Assembly (NCBI GenBank): GCA_965207145.1
Contig: OZ242262.1
Span: 1,864,827 to 1,928,826, forward strand
Source: Dehalococcoidia bacterium
GTDB lineage: Bacteria; Chloroflexota; Dehalococcoidia; Lucifugimonadales; UBA2962
Length of the DNA: 64,000 nucleotides
Direction: 5' to 3'
Shown one piece after another: positions 9,136 through 18,488 of this stretch. How positions within the stretch are numbered: position 1 is the first letter of the stretch; every line of letters begins with the position of its first letter. A program made the translations under genes and the position numbers. Below the pieces are notes generated by a model. It did not search any database. It was not told the DNA's origin and was given only the letters and a program-made list of their open reading frames with translations.

Positions 9136-10848
9136 ATGACCCAGTCCACACACCTGTTCAAGCCGGCTAATTTCCAGGCGCGTTACGACGTTAAAGTGCC
9201 GATGCGAGACGGGGTTGAGCTGTCGGCCGATGTTTACCTGCCGCACGATAGAACTGGCCCGGTACCGGCGATCCTTGCCCGCACTCCCTACGACAATGGC
9301 GATTTTGCAGGTCTGACCAAGGTCGTTGATCAGGCCATCTACTTCGTTCAGCACGGCTACGCGTTCGTCGTGCAGGACGTCAGGGGCAGGTTCGACTCGG
9401 AGGGCGAGTTTAATCCCTGGGTAAACGAGTACGACGACGGCCACGACACCGTCGAATGGGTCGGCGAGCAGGAGTGGTGTGACGGCAACGTAGGGATGAT
9501 GGGGTTCTCGTACGTGGGCGGGGTGCAGTGGCAGGCCGCGATGACCGCTCCCGGCCACCTCAAGTGCATCGCGCCGGGCGTGATAGGAGATGATCATCAC
9601 GGCCAGACCCACTTTCAGGGCGGGGCGATGCAGCTGGCTCTGGACATGACCTGGACCTTCGCGACGGACGCTCGTACCTGGCACCCGATCGACAACTACG
9701 ACTGGAAGCGGGTGCTCTCGCACCTGCCCCTGTCGGAGATGGCCGTGGCGGCGGGAAGCTCGGCTGCCAGATTGGCCGACTGGATTGACCACCCGGACTA
9801 CGATGAGTACTGGAAGCGGATCGCCTACAAGGAGCGTTACGAAGACGTGGTGGTGCCCGTACTTCAGATCGGCGGCTGGTACGACACGTTTACGGTGGGC
9901 ACCATGAACAACTTCGTCGGCATGCGCGCCCGGGGAGGCAGCGATCTGGCGCGCGCCAACCAGAAGGTGATCGTGGGGCCCTGGGTTCATCAGGCCAGCG
10001 AGCATACCCATGCAGGGGACAGGGACTTCGGCAAGGACTCGGTGCTAGACCTCAACGCAGAGCACCTGCGGTGGTTCGACCGCTGGCTCAAGGGTGTCGA
10101 AAACGGGGTAGAGGATGAGGCGCCGATCAAGCTGTTTGTCATGGGTGCCGACGAGTGGCGCGACGAGCATGAGTGGCCCCTTGCGAGAACGCGCTTTACG
10201 CCTTTCCACCTCCACAGCGGGGGCGAGGCCAACTCCCTGAGGGGAGACGGCACCCTGAGCGTCGAGGCTCCCGGGGACGAGCCTGCCGACGAGTACGATT
10301 ACAATCCGGCTTTTCCCGTCCCCTCAAACGGCGGCAACAACTGCTGTTTCCCTGAGATCGTCGCCTGGGGCGGCTATGATCAAGACCAGATCGAGCAGCG
10401 CGAGGACGTGCTCGTGTATACCTCCGATGAACTGGAGGAGGATCTGGAGGTCACCGGTCCTGTGATCGCAAAGATATACGCGTCGTCCTCGGCTCCCGAC
10501 ACCGACTTCACCGCAAAGCTGGTCGACGTGCATCCCGATGGTTACGCACTCAATCTGTGCGACGGGATAATCCGCGCTCGCTACCGGGACACGCCCGAGC
10601 GCCAGGTCTTGATGGAACCCGGAAAGGTCTATGAATTCACTATCGACCTTTTCCCCACGTCGAACTTGTTCAGGGCGGGACACCGCATCCGGCTGGAGAT
10701 CTCCAGCAGCAACTTTCCCAGGTTCGACCGCAACCTGAACACGGGCGGCAGGTTTGGCCACGAGACGGACATGCGCGTGGCACACCAGACCGTATATCAC
10801 GACGCCGAAAGGCCCTCGCACGTGCTGCTGCCTGTGATACCGGGCTGA
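9136..10848 (+). CDS. CocE/NonD family hydrolase (X-Pro dipeptidyl-peptidase S15-like)
   Basis: AAGGAGGA RBS. ARTPYD N-terminal motif, nucleophile elbow GFSYVGG, and a C-terminal PepX_C-like beta domain (HRIRLEISSSNFPRFDRN). Confidence 0.85.
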   Translation: MTQSTHLFKPANFQARYDVKVPMRDGVELSADVYLPHDRTGPVPAILARTPYDNGDFAGLTKVVDQAIYFVQHGYAFVVQDVRGRFDSEGEFNPWVNEYDDGHDTVEWVGEQEWCDGNVGMMGFSYVGGVQWQAAMTAPGHLKCIAPGVIGDDHHGQTHFQGGAMQLALDMTWTFATDARTWHPIDNYDWKRVLSHLPLSEMAVAAGSSAARLADWIDHPDYDEYWKRIAYKERYEDVVVPVLQIGGWYDTFTVGTMNNFVGMRARGGSDLARANQKVIVGPWVHQASEHTHAGDRDFGKDSVLDLNAEHLRWFDRWLKGVENGVEDEAPIKLFVMGADEWRDEHEWPLARTRFTPFHLHSGGEANSLRGDGTLSVEAPGDEPADEYDYNPAFPVPSNGGNNCCFPEIVAWGGYDQDQIEQREDVLVYTSDELEEDLEVTGPVIAKIYASSSAPDTDFTAKLVDVHPDGYALNLCDGIIRARYRDTPERQVLMEPGKVYEFTIDLFPTSNLFRAGHRIRLEISSSNFPRFDRNLNTGGRFGHETDMRVAHQTVYHDAERPSHVLLPVIPG

Positions 10849-10860
10849 TGCGGGAAACGG

Positions 10861-11538
10861 CTAACCTTTAGTCGACTCCCTGATGGCGTCCTCCAAGGAG
10901 GTCATCCTGCGCTCGAGCCGCCTCTGCCTGCTGGCGACCGTCAGGTCGCCCCGCGTGCGCTCCAGGACCGCCCTGAGTGCGTCGGTCTTGTGGCGCAGTC
11001 CACGCGTAAGCCCGTCCGGATAGTCCATGGTCACAAGGACCGAATAGACCTCTTCCATCAGGTCCAGGAGATCCTCGCACCCCTTGACCTCGTCTCGTCT
11101 GAGCAGGTCGAGTATGCGGCGTCGCATCTCGCTTGCGGCCTCGGCCAGCCCGCCCAGATATGCAGCCGGTCCTACCCCTAGATCATCGGAGGTGGGCAGG
11201 GGGCCGCCCCGCACGAACGCAAGCACCGCCGCGGCCTCTACGTACTCTTTGAGCCCATCCTCGGCGAAGCCCGCATACATCACCGCCGGGAAGTCCTTGA
11301 GGGCGCCGGTCATCTCGTCGGCAAGATCACGGGCCTCGGCGATCAGACTCTCGGCTCGGTCAAGCTCTCCCCTGTGTACGGCTCTGATCGACTCTGAAGA
11401 TCTTCGGATCAGGTCTCGCGAAAGCCTGAGGCCTGTCTCGCGGGCCCGGTGTGAGCGCGCGAGCCTGTCTCGCGCCAGATCGGCCTCTCGGCCTAGCCCG
11501 GCGATCGATTCGTCCCGGTGGCCAGACGGCTCGGCCAA
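10861..11538 (-). CDS. translin-family (COG2178-like) protein
   Basis: Helical protein with AYLGGLAEAASEMRRRILD, resembling the translin YLxGLxDxxGExxR motif. Confidence 0.5.
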   Translation of the reverse strand: MAEPSGHRDESIAGLGREADLARDRLARSHRARETGLRLSRDLIRRSSESIRAVHRGELDRAESLIAEARDLADEMTGALKDFPAVMYAGFAEDGLKEYVEAAAVLAFVRGGPLPTSDDLGVGPAAYLGGLAEAASEMRRRILDLLRRDEVKGCEDLLDLMEEVYSVLVTMDYPDGLTRGLRHKTDALRAVLERTRGDLTVASRQRRLERRMTSLEDAIRESTKG

Positions 11539-11541
11539 AGC

Positions 11542-12636
11542 CTATTCGGACCTCGCCGCCGCTTCCACAATCGCCCGGCAGGCCGTCTCGGGGTCAGCGG
11601 CCAGGGTGACCGCGCTGGCGACGCAGACGGCGTCTGCTCCCGATGCGAACACCTCGGAGCAATTGGCCGTATTGATGCCTCCGATCGCGACCACCGGAGG
11701 GCGTACCCGTTCCTTTACCGCTCTCACCGTCTCGGTGCCTACGGGTGGCTTGCCGCCCTTGCCCATGGTGTCCGTGGGGAACACCGGCCCGATTGCTATG
11801 TAGTCAACACCCTCGGCCTGTGCCCTCAGGGCCTGATCAAGATTCGTGGTGGAGAGACCGATGAGTCGATCTGGCGAAACCAATCGTCGGGCAACGGACG
11901 TGGGCAGATCGGTCTGCCCCACGTGCAGTCCAGTCGCTCCGCTGAGAGCAGCAACGTCGGCGTGGTCGTTGACGATCAACGGGGCTCCGTGCGTGTCGCA
12001 TGCCTTCGCAAGTTCCACTGCCCTTTCCAGAACGGCGCCCATATCGGACCTCTTGTCCCGCAGCTGTATGGCGGATGCCCCTCCCTTGAGCGCCGCTGCG
12101 GCGACGGCCGCCGTCGAACGACCTGCGGTAACCTCCGGGTCGACGATTACGTAGACTCCCGATAGTAGTTTGGCCGTCGCCGCCCGGGAGTCTCCCGCCA
12201 CCTTGTCGGTCGCCCTGCCCAGGACTCGCCGGGCCCTCTGGACCCACTCGGCAGATAGCGGGGAGCCCGCCGACTCGCCAAGCATGGCAAGCGTGTCCAG
12301 GGCACTGACGGCCGAGTCCACGGTGGCCAGAGCGAGGCCCGCGGCATCCTGCGTCGCACTGGATATCGCGGTGCGACGCTCGCGCAGGGCGTCCCTGTCG
12401 AGATCTTCGACCCCGGGCAGGGGCATCGACTCGCGCAGCATCTTGATGTCCGAGTAGAGGCCCAGGGGCCCGGTGACGAGGATCTCGAGGAGGCGCAGAT
12501 CCTCAACGAGCGCGTCTAGTTGCGATTTGACGATCGGGAGCATGTGTTCCGGGTCCTCAAGATATGAATCCAGCCGCTCCGGGGAAGAGCGGGCGGACCT
12601 GCAGGGCAACCCCGTGGCCGGCGCAAATCTTAACAC
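11542..12636 (-). CDS. thiE: thiamine-phosphate synthase with an N-terminal extension of about 150 aa
   Basis: C-terminal TMP-TENI domain: VYVIVDP, IQLRDK, GLHVGQTDL, DYIAIGPVFPT, VVAIGGI. Confidence 0.85.
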   Translation of the reverse strand: MLRFAPATGLPCRSARSSPERLDSYLEDPEHMLPIVKSQLDALVEDLRLLEILVTGPLGLYSDIKMLRESMPLPGVEDLDRDALRERRTAISSATQDAAGLALATVDSAVSALDTLAMLGESAGSPLSAEWVQRARRVLGRATDKVAGDSRAATAKLLSGVYVIVDPEVTAGRSTAAVAAAALKGGASAIQLRDKRSDMGAVLERAVELAKACDTHGAPLIVNDHADVAALSGATGLHVGQTDLPTSVARRLVSPDRLIGLSTTNLDQALRAQAEGVDYIAIGPVFPTDTMGKGGKPPVGTETVRAVKERVRPPVVAIGGINTANCSEVFASGADAVCVASAVTLAADPETACRAIVEAAARSE

Positions 12637-12796
12637 GGGCTGAAGTACCGGCTGCCGACGAGGGTTTAAGGGCAGTTCTTACCGGGCCGCCGGCGAACCG
12701 CGACATGCTAGCGCGACCCTCCGCCAGCCGGGAATGGCCTTAACGAGCCCGTCCGGCGGGCGCTATAGGATGGCCACGCCATCTTCGGCGCCTCCC

Positions 12797-13483
12797 CTAA
12801 GCCGAGAGTCTGGACCGCAGCCTGTCGGAGAAGATGCCCTCGGCCTTGGCCCGGTCCCTGACCGGCGCGAAGGTAATTCTATGTACCTCGCTGGGGCCCA
12901 AACTCTCGAGCGCCACAACGTGGGCAGGAGTACAGTAGCCCTTGTGCCGGGCAAAGCCGTAGCCCGGGTACTCGTGATCTAGCTCGCACATGACGCGGTC
13001 ACGTTCGACCTTGGCCGCTATCGATGCGGCGGCAATCGAAGTGCATAGAGCGTCGCCCTTTACGATGGCCTTCTGCGGGATATCCGAATCAGGAAGGGGA
13101 AACGCATCGAGCAGCAGGAAATCCGGGGCTATGGACAGGTTGTCCAAGGCCCTGACCATGGCGAGCTGCACGGCAGGCGCAATGCCGAGGCGGTCGATCT
13201 CTTCGGCCGATGCAGAGCCGGTTGAGAGGGCCGCGGCGGCCTCGACGAGCCTGGGCAGGACGGTCTCTCGCTGGGAAGCTGTGAGCTTCTTGGAGTCCCG
13301 AACAAGTCCCGTCCATGGCCCTGTGATGGCTCCCGAGAAGACGGCGGCGCCAGCTACCACGGGGCCGGCGATCGGCCCTCTGCCAGCCTCGTCGATACCT
13401 GCGACAGCCGAGTAACCCTCGCTCCACAGGCGCTCCTCTTCCTGCATCGAGGGCAGGGGAGATGCGGAGCTTCCCAGTCTCAA
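12797..13483 (-). CDS. rnhB: ribonuclease HII
   Basis: AGIDEAGRGPIAGPVVAGA catalytic motif, and KDSKKL-like DSKKLT. Confidence 0.9.
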   Translation of the reverse strand: MRLGSSASPLPSMQEEERLWSEGYSAVAGIDEAGRGPIAGPVVAGAAVFSGAITGPWTGLVRDSKKLTASQRETVLPRLVEAAAALSTGSASAEEIDRLGIAPAVQLAMVRALDNLSIAPDFLLLDAFPLPDSDIPQKAIVKGDALCTSIAAASIAAKVERDRVMCELDHEYPGYGFARHKGYCTPAHVVALESLGPSEVHRITFAPVRDRAKAEGIFSDRLRSRLSA

Positions 13484-13514
13484 CTGGCCTTCGCGCGACT
13501 CTGAGCCGGACCGG

Positions 13515-14048
13515 CTAACCGTTCATTCCTCGCTGCAGGCCCCGCAGGTAGGAGACCTGGCCAACATGCTGGCTCTCCTCGACCAGCAGGTGGCTCCACA
13601 TGCGGCCGATCGAGTAGTCGGGCCTTGCCGAATCCGGACAGCGGTCCAGGTCAAGTTCGTTGATCGACTCAAGGTATTCGACGGTGTCGCTCCGAACCGC
13701 GTCCAGGTAGTCCCACAGGTCGCTTGGCTCGAACTCGGGCATGTTACTCACCTGCTCGCCAGACCATCCCCAGCCAGATTCGGGGCCGAAACCTCGTATC
13801 TCCCTGACCGGCAAATTGAGCTTCATCGGCCAGCCTCCCCGGTTCCACACCTGGTCCTCGGCCTGCTTGGCGAATCGGTTGATCCACGCGTCCTCGACCC
13901 GAGCAATGTGCCAGACGGCGAAGTCGATGTGATGCGAGTCGGGCCCGGGCATAAAGCGGCGCTCCTGGTACGTAAGGCCATCTACGGCCTGCTTGAGTTC
14001 ATCGTAGTATTCCTGCAGCCCCATGTTGATGACATCGTGGAACCTCAT
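13515..14048 (-). CDS. DinB-family (four-helix bundle, metal-binding) protein
   Basis: DinB_2-like pattern of His-bearing helices (HHIDFAVWHIARVED ... WSHLLVEESQHVGQ). Confidence 0.7.
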   Translation of the reverse strand: MRFHDVINMGLQEYYDELKQAVDGLTYQERRFMPGPDSHHIDFAVWHIARVEDAWINRFAKQAEDQVWNRGGWPMKLNLPVREIRGFGPESGWGWSGEQVSNMPEFEPSDLWDYLDAVRSDTVEYLESINELDLDRCPDSARPDYSIGRMWSHLLVEESQHVGQVSYLRGLQRGMNG

Positions 14049-14093
14049 GCCATTGCCTTTCGCGGCGCCGCACTGGGCGGCGCCCTTTGTGGT

Positions 14094-15239
14094 TCAGGTA
14101 ACCTGTGCAGGGATGACGGGCTCGGCCTTGGCGCAGTCGCCTCTGCGCGAGCCGGGGGCGTTACCGACCTCTATGTAGCCGCCCCCAAGGACCTCGTCGC
14201 CCACGTAGAAGACTACTGGCTGTCCTGGCGTCACCGCCCTCTGGGGCTCCCTGAACGAAACGGAGGCCCAACCGTCGTGTGGTGTCACCGTGGCCCTCGC
14301 CTCAGGCGCCTTGTACCTGATCTTCGCGGTGACCTGGATAGGATGGGCCGGCTTCTCGCCCCGCACCCAGTTGACGCGAGACGCCCAGAGATCGGCACGG
14401 TAAAGGTCCTGCAGCCGGCCGAGCACCACCAGATCGGCCTCGGAGTCGATCCCGACTACGTAGAGTGGATCTCCGGTGTTTCCGGGCAGACCCAGCTTTC
14501 GTCTCTGTCCCACGGTGAAGAATTGAACGCCGGGGTGTTCGCCTAGGACTTCTCCCCGCGGGTCAACGAATCGACCCGGTCTGGGTTTTAGGCTCTTGCT
14601 GATGAAATCCCGGTAGTCATTGTTTGGTATGAAACAGATCTCCTGGCTGTCCGGCTTTTCCGCCACTGGCAGTCCGGCCCCTGCGGCAAGACGGCGAACG
14701 TCCGCCTTGGGCATCTCTCCAATAGGCAACAGGAGACGGGCGAGCTCAGCCTGGCCAAGCGTAAACAGGACGTACGATTGGTCCTTGCCGTCAATTCCTC
14801 TCAACAGGCGGGCACCTTCGTCGTCCCTGAGAACGCGGGCATAGTGGCCGGTGGCGATGTACTGCGCATCTAGGAACATTGCCCTGCGCAGCAGGAAGTC
14901 AAACTTGATCCTGTCGTTGCACGCCAGGCACGGATGCGGGGTGCGGCCCCGATCGTACTCTTTGACGAAGTAGTCGATGACGTGTTCCCTGAACTCCCGC
15001 TCGAAATTCTGTACGTAGTGTGGGATGCCAATTGTCTGGCAGACTCTCCGCGCGTCTTCCACGTCGTCGACAGAGCAGCACCGCTTGGAGTGCGAATATG
15101 CCGACTCGTCGGGCTGAGACCACAGCCGCATGGTGACACCCACGACCTCGTAACCGGCTCGATGCAGTAGGAGCGCGGCCACCGAGGAATCGACGCCCCC
15201 GCTCATTGCAACGACCACGCGCTGAATCCGACTGGTCAT
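14094..15239 (-). CDS. mnmA: tRNA 2-thiouridine(34) synthase
   Basis: VVVAMSGGVDSSVAA PP-loop. The start is taken at the internal ATG (15239, MTSRIQRVVV), because the upstream 71 codons of the tracked ORF look like a non-coding extension. Confidence 0.9.
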   Translation of the reverse strand: MTSRIQRVVVAMSGGVDSSVAALLLHRAGYEVVGVTMRLWSQPDESAYSHSKRCCSVDDVEDARRVCQTIGIPHYVQNFEREFREHVIDYFVKEYDRGRTPHPCLACNDRIKFDFLLRRAMFLDAQYIATGHYARVLRDDEGARLLRGIDGKDQSYVLFTLGQAELARLLLPIGEMPKADVRRLAAGAGLPVAEKPDSQEICFIPNNDYRDFISKSLKPRPGRFVDPRGEVLGEHPGVQFFTVGQRRKLGLPGNTGDPLYVVGIDSEADLVVLGRLQDLYRADLWASRVNWVRGEKPAHPIQVTAKIRYKAPEARATVTPHDGWASVSFREPQRAVTPGQPVVFYVGDEVLGGGYIEVGNAPGSRRGDCAKAEPVIPAQVT

Positions 15240-15478
15240 GAGCGAAAGGCTAGCATAAGCCCCGTTGCGGCACCCCCCCTCCAACGGGTCCCACATAGCC
15301 GCCAGCTCTGGGAGGGGCCGAACCGTGCTGCGACCGGGGGTACCCGCACTTGGCATGCAGGGGGCCTTGGCGTGCACGAACAAGTCTCGACATCTGTGAG
15401 TGCACTTGCGGCCATGCCGGGCACGCGATCGACCGGCCCGGTGTCGGAGCAATCTTCGCCTCGCCTATAATCTGGTCA

Positions 15479-15856
15479 ATGGCCGCCTACATCGAGAACG
15501 ACCCGGACCCGCTGTCGCCGGAGTCCCTGGCTCGGTTCGCCGTGGACGTGGCCTCGGACAAGCTGGCCTTTGATATCCAGATGCTGGATATCAGCCGGGT
15601 CAGCACCTTCGCCGATTTCTTCGTCATCGCAAGTGTCGATTCCGCGCGCCAGATGAACGCGCTCGTGGAGGACATCGAGATGGCCCTGGAGGCGACCGGA
15701 GCCGTTAGGCTGAGACGTGAGGGCAGCCCGGATAGCGGATGGGTCGTGATCGATTTTGGAGACCTGGTCGTCCACATCTTCGGCGTCGAGGAGCGTGAGT
15801 ACTACGCTCTTGCCGACGCCTGGCCGGGGGCGTCCGAAGTCGTCAGGATTCAATGA
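15479..15856 (+). CDS. rsfS: ribosome silencing factor RsfS (iojap family)
   Basis: FADFFVIASVDSARQ ... WVVIDFGDLVVHIFGVEEREYYALADAW. The start is taken at ATG 15479, 7 nt after a TATAAT. Confidence 0.85.
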   Translation: MAAYIENDPDPLSPESLARFAVDVASDKLAFDIQMLDISRVSTFADFFVIASVDSARQMNALVEDIEMALEATGAVRLRREGSPDSGWVVIDFGDLVVHIFGVEEREYYALADAWPGASEVVRIQ

Positions 15857-16325
15857 TCCAGCGGTCGATATCTCGCTCGTATTCGAACAGTTCGTCTTCT
15901 CCGAAAAACAGGTCGAGCTCCCTTGCGGCGGCCTGTTCGGAATCGGACCCGTGAATCAGATTCGGCCCGACCGTTAGCGCGAGGTCGCCCCTTATGGATC
16001 CCGGCGTCGCTTCTTTGGGGTTGGTGGCGCCCATCACGAGCCTCGTGATGTCGATCGCATCCGGGCCCGCAACAGCGAGCGCGATTATGGGACTTGACGT
16101 GATGAACTCCAGGAGGCTGGGGAAGAAGGGCCTATCAAGGTGGGCCTCGTAGTGGCGGCGTGCAAGCTCCTCGCTGACCAGAACCATTTTCGCCCCCACG
16201 ATCTTGAGGCCCTTGCGCTCGATTCGAGATATCACCTCGCCCGCCAGCCCCCGCTGAATCGCGTCGGGCTTGATCAACACCAGCGTTCGCTGCATCTGAG
16301 TATTTCCTTTTTCAGGGTCTGCCAA
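15843..16325 (-). CDS. ndk: nucleoside-diphosphate kinase
   Basis: QRTLVLIKPDA, NLIHGSDS (active-site His). The true start may be the internal ATG at 16295. Confidence 0.9.
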   Translation of the reverse strand: MADPEKGNTQMQRTLVLIKPDAIQRGLAGEVISRIERKGLKIVGAKMVLVSEELARRHYEAHLDRPFFPSLLEFITSSPIIALAVAGPDAIDITRLVMGATNPKEATPGSIRGDLALTVGPNLIHGSDSEQAAARELDLFFGEDELFEYERDIDRWIIES

Positions 16326-16328
16326 TGG

Positions 16329-17036
16329 TTACCCCAGGTGCGTCCTGGCCGCAACCGAATACTGAGCACTTCGCATGTAGAGTGGTTCAAGCGTGTCCGG
16401 GTGGTCCGTCTGCCCCGTCGCCAGTCTGGACCAGGCTAGTTGGGCGAGCGTGCCGGCCCGCCTCGTAGGAGGCTCATGGTCAGCCATCGTGGCCAGGTCC
16501 CCCAGTAGCTCCTTCAGCGTTGGAGCGCTCTCATGGGCCGCCTCACCGCAGAACATGGTCAACTCCTTTGTGCGCTCCGCCAGCTCCGGGACCGTGACCA
16601 CCGTTAGAGCCTCGGCTGGTCTATCGGACCAACCCGCATAGACGCGACCGCCACCGGCCTCTACGATGGCGCAAACCGGCACATCCGATGGCAGGTGGGG
16701 AGACAGCTCGATATCAAGAGTTCCTATACCCACCAGGGGCACCCCGAGCCCCATCGCTAGGGACTTGGCCATCGACATTCCGACCCTGAGCGAACTGAAT
16801 CCACCGGGGCCTTTAGCAACGAATACCGCCGACAGGTCCGACGGACCAGCCGAGGCCTGCCACATTATGCTTCTGATGGCCGGTGCCAGCTCTACCGAGT
16901 GATTTCGCTCCGCTCTCCACGTCCGTTCCTCGATGACTGTGCCCTGGTTGGAGACCGCGACCGAGGCGAAGCGGGTAGAAGAGTCTATGGAAAGTTCCAA
17001 CTTGCCCTCTAGCTTCCCGACACGCTGAGGCCTCAT
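16329..17036 (-). CDS. tsaB: tRNA t6A biosynthesis protein TsaB (YeaZ)
   Basis: LSIDSSTRFASVAV, KGPGGFSSLRVG. It has a 4-nt overlap with upstream tsaE. Confidence 0.85.
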   Translation of the reverse strand: MRPQRVGKLEGKLELSIDSSTRFASVAVSNQGTVIEERTWRAERNHSVELAPAIRSIMWQASAGPSDLSAVFVAKGPGGFSSLRVGMSMAKSLAMGLGVPLVGIGTLDIELSPHLPSDVPVCAIVEAGGGRVYAGWSDRPAEALTVVTVPELAERTKELTMFCGEAAHESAPTLKELLGDLATMADHEPPTRRAGTLAQLAWSRLATGQTDHPDTLEPLYMRSAQYSVAARTHLG

Positions 17037-17566
17037 TCAACCTGCGCGGCGAACGGCCGGGGATCGAGCACGCCCAATACGCCTTCGAGCAGGTCCATGT
17101 GCCTGCGGCCGGCCGCAGTCAATGTCAGCTTTCGTTCGTCTTCGCGGTCTTCGACCCTCTCGATGCGGATGTCTAGGCGGTCCGGAGGGAAGGCATGGGG
17201 CGCCCTGTCTGCCCATTCCACCAGGCAAAGGCCCTGACCTCGAACATATTCGTCCAGGCCGAGGGTGTCCAGGTCAGAGTCACGCTCGAGCCTATACAGG
17301 TCTACGTGGTACATAGGAATCCTGGCGGAGTGCTCCATGATCAGCACGAATGTCGGGCTACGCACATGGTCCCTTGAATCCAGCCCGCTCAGTGCCCCTT
17401 GTGCCAGGCGCGTCTTGCCCGCACCGAGCTCACCGGTTAGCAACACCAGGTCACCCGGGCGGGCGAGGCTGCCAATCGCGTGGCCGATCTGTTCTGTCCG
17501 GGCGGGTCGCTCCGACCGGAGCTCCCTCTTGGACAGGTGCGGTGGGTCAACTGTTTCTCGGTCCAT
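17033..17566 (-). CDS. tsaE: tRNA t6A biosynthesis ATPase TsaE (YjeE)
   Basis: Walker A GELGAGKT, SPTFVLIMEH, YHVDLYRL. Confidence 0.85.
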   Translation of the reverse strand: MDRETVDPPHLSKRELRSERPARTEQIGHAIGSLARPGDLVLLTGELGAGKTRLAQGALSGLDSRDHVRSPTFVLIMEHSARIPMYHVDLYRLERDSDLDTLGLDEYVRGQGLCLVEWADRAPHAFPPDRLDIRIERVEDREDERKLTLTAAGRRHMDLLEGVLGVLDPRPFAAQVE

Positions 17567-17746
17567 CGGCAGGTGCCGGTCGGTCAGTGAGATACGCGAA
17601 TGGCGCGTCTGGCCAGTGGCATGGGCGTGTATTATATTCGGGACCCGGCCAGCTCAGAAAGACGCTTCAACCGTGGCTTCTGCTCTGCCGCCAGAGGGGG
17701 AGGCTCCGGACCACGCCCCCTTCTCGATCCCTGCATCGGAGCCCAT

Positions 17747-18481
17747 TTGAGAGTTCTCATAGTCTCTGACGTACACGCCAATCTGGAAGCGCTTAGAGCC
17801 GTAATCGCAGACTGCGAGCGGAGAGGTGGATTCGACCAGATCTGGTCACTCGGCGATCTGATCGGTTACGGTCCCGACCCGGGACCCTGTGTAGACCTGA
17901 TACGCAGTCATGAAGCGATATCTGTGGCTGGCAACCACGATCTGGCCTCTATCGGCCGCCTGAGCCTAGAGGCGTTTAACGAGCATGCAGCCGCGGCCAA
18001 CCGCTGGACTTCTTCGCAGATAACCGCGGAACAAGCCGAATACCTAAGGGGATTGCCTCTCAGGGTTGAGCAGGGACTGTTCACGATGGTGCACGGGAGC
18101 CCCAGGGATCCAATCTGGGAATACGTTATTTCGGTCCCTGCTGCAGTCATCAGCTTTCTTCACTTCGACACGGGATGCTGTCTGGTCGGACACTCTCACG
18201 TGCCGTTCCTGTGTAGGCCGATGGCGGAGAAAGGGGCCGCCTTCGTAGAGTTCCCGCTTGACACTCCTATCGGCCTTGGCGGCGACCGGATGATCGTAAA
18301 TCCGGGAGGCGTGGGCCAGCCGCGGGACGGGGATCCGCGGGCTAGCTACGCCGTATACGACGAGCAGGGGGGCGTCATAGTCCATCACCGGGTGGAGTAC
18401 GACGTCCAGGCCACGCAGGCCAAGATGGAGGAGGAGGGCCTACCCCAATATCTGATCGACAGGCTGACCCATGGACGTTAG
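17747..18481 (+). CDS. metallophosphoesterase family protein (YfcE/MJ0936-like)
   Basis: LRVLIVSDVHANLEAL, GDLIGYGP, GNHD, GHSH. The proposed TTG start at 17747 is preceded by GGAG. The tracked ORF starts at 17600. Confidence 0.75.
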   Translation: MRVLIVSDVHANLEALRAVIADCERRGGFDQIWSLGDLIGYGPDPGPCVDLIRSHEAISVAGNHDLASIGRLSLEAFNEHAAAANRWTSSQITAEQAEYLRGLPLRVEQGLFTMVHGSPRDPIWEYVISVPAAVISFLHFDTGCCLVGHSHVPFLCRPMAEKGAAFVEFPLDTPIGLGGDRMIVNPGGVGQPRDGDPRASYAVYDEQGGVIVHHRVEYDVQATQAKMEEEGLPQYLIDRLTHGR

Positions 18482-18488
18482 GGATCGG

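Noticed and set aside
9115-10011. 298-aa minus-strand ORF opposite the CocE/NonD hydrolase
   Set aside because: Antisense shadow. The plus-strand gene has an RBS and family motifs.
12637-12796. Expected TPP (THI-box) riboswitch upstream of thiE
   Set aside because: No CUGAGA or ACCUGAUCUGGAUAAUGCCAGCG-like core on the minus strand. There is only a generic GC-rich nested hairpin (TAGCGC...GCGCTA), and rnhB lies directly upstream on the same strand.
13566-14546. 326-aa plus-strand ORF spanning the DinB and mnmA genes
   Set aside because: It is antisense to two well-supported genes, has shadow-type composition and has no motif.
14094-15452. Long N-terminal extensions of tracked ORFs (mnmA 452 aa; likewise rsfS, the ADH at 21030, the SDR at 43643, moeA-PBP at 35882 and the NuoF-like gene at 30179)
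   Set aside because: The extensions are Arg/Cys/Pro-rich, lack homology-like sequence and overlap neighbouring genes. Internal starts restore canonical N-termini and sensible gene junctions.
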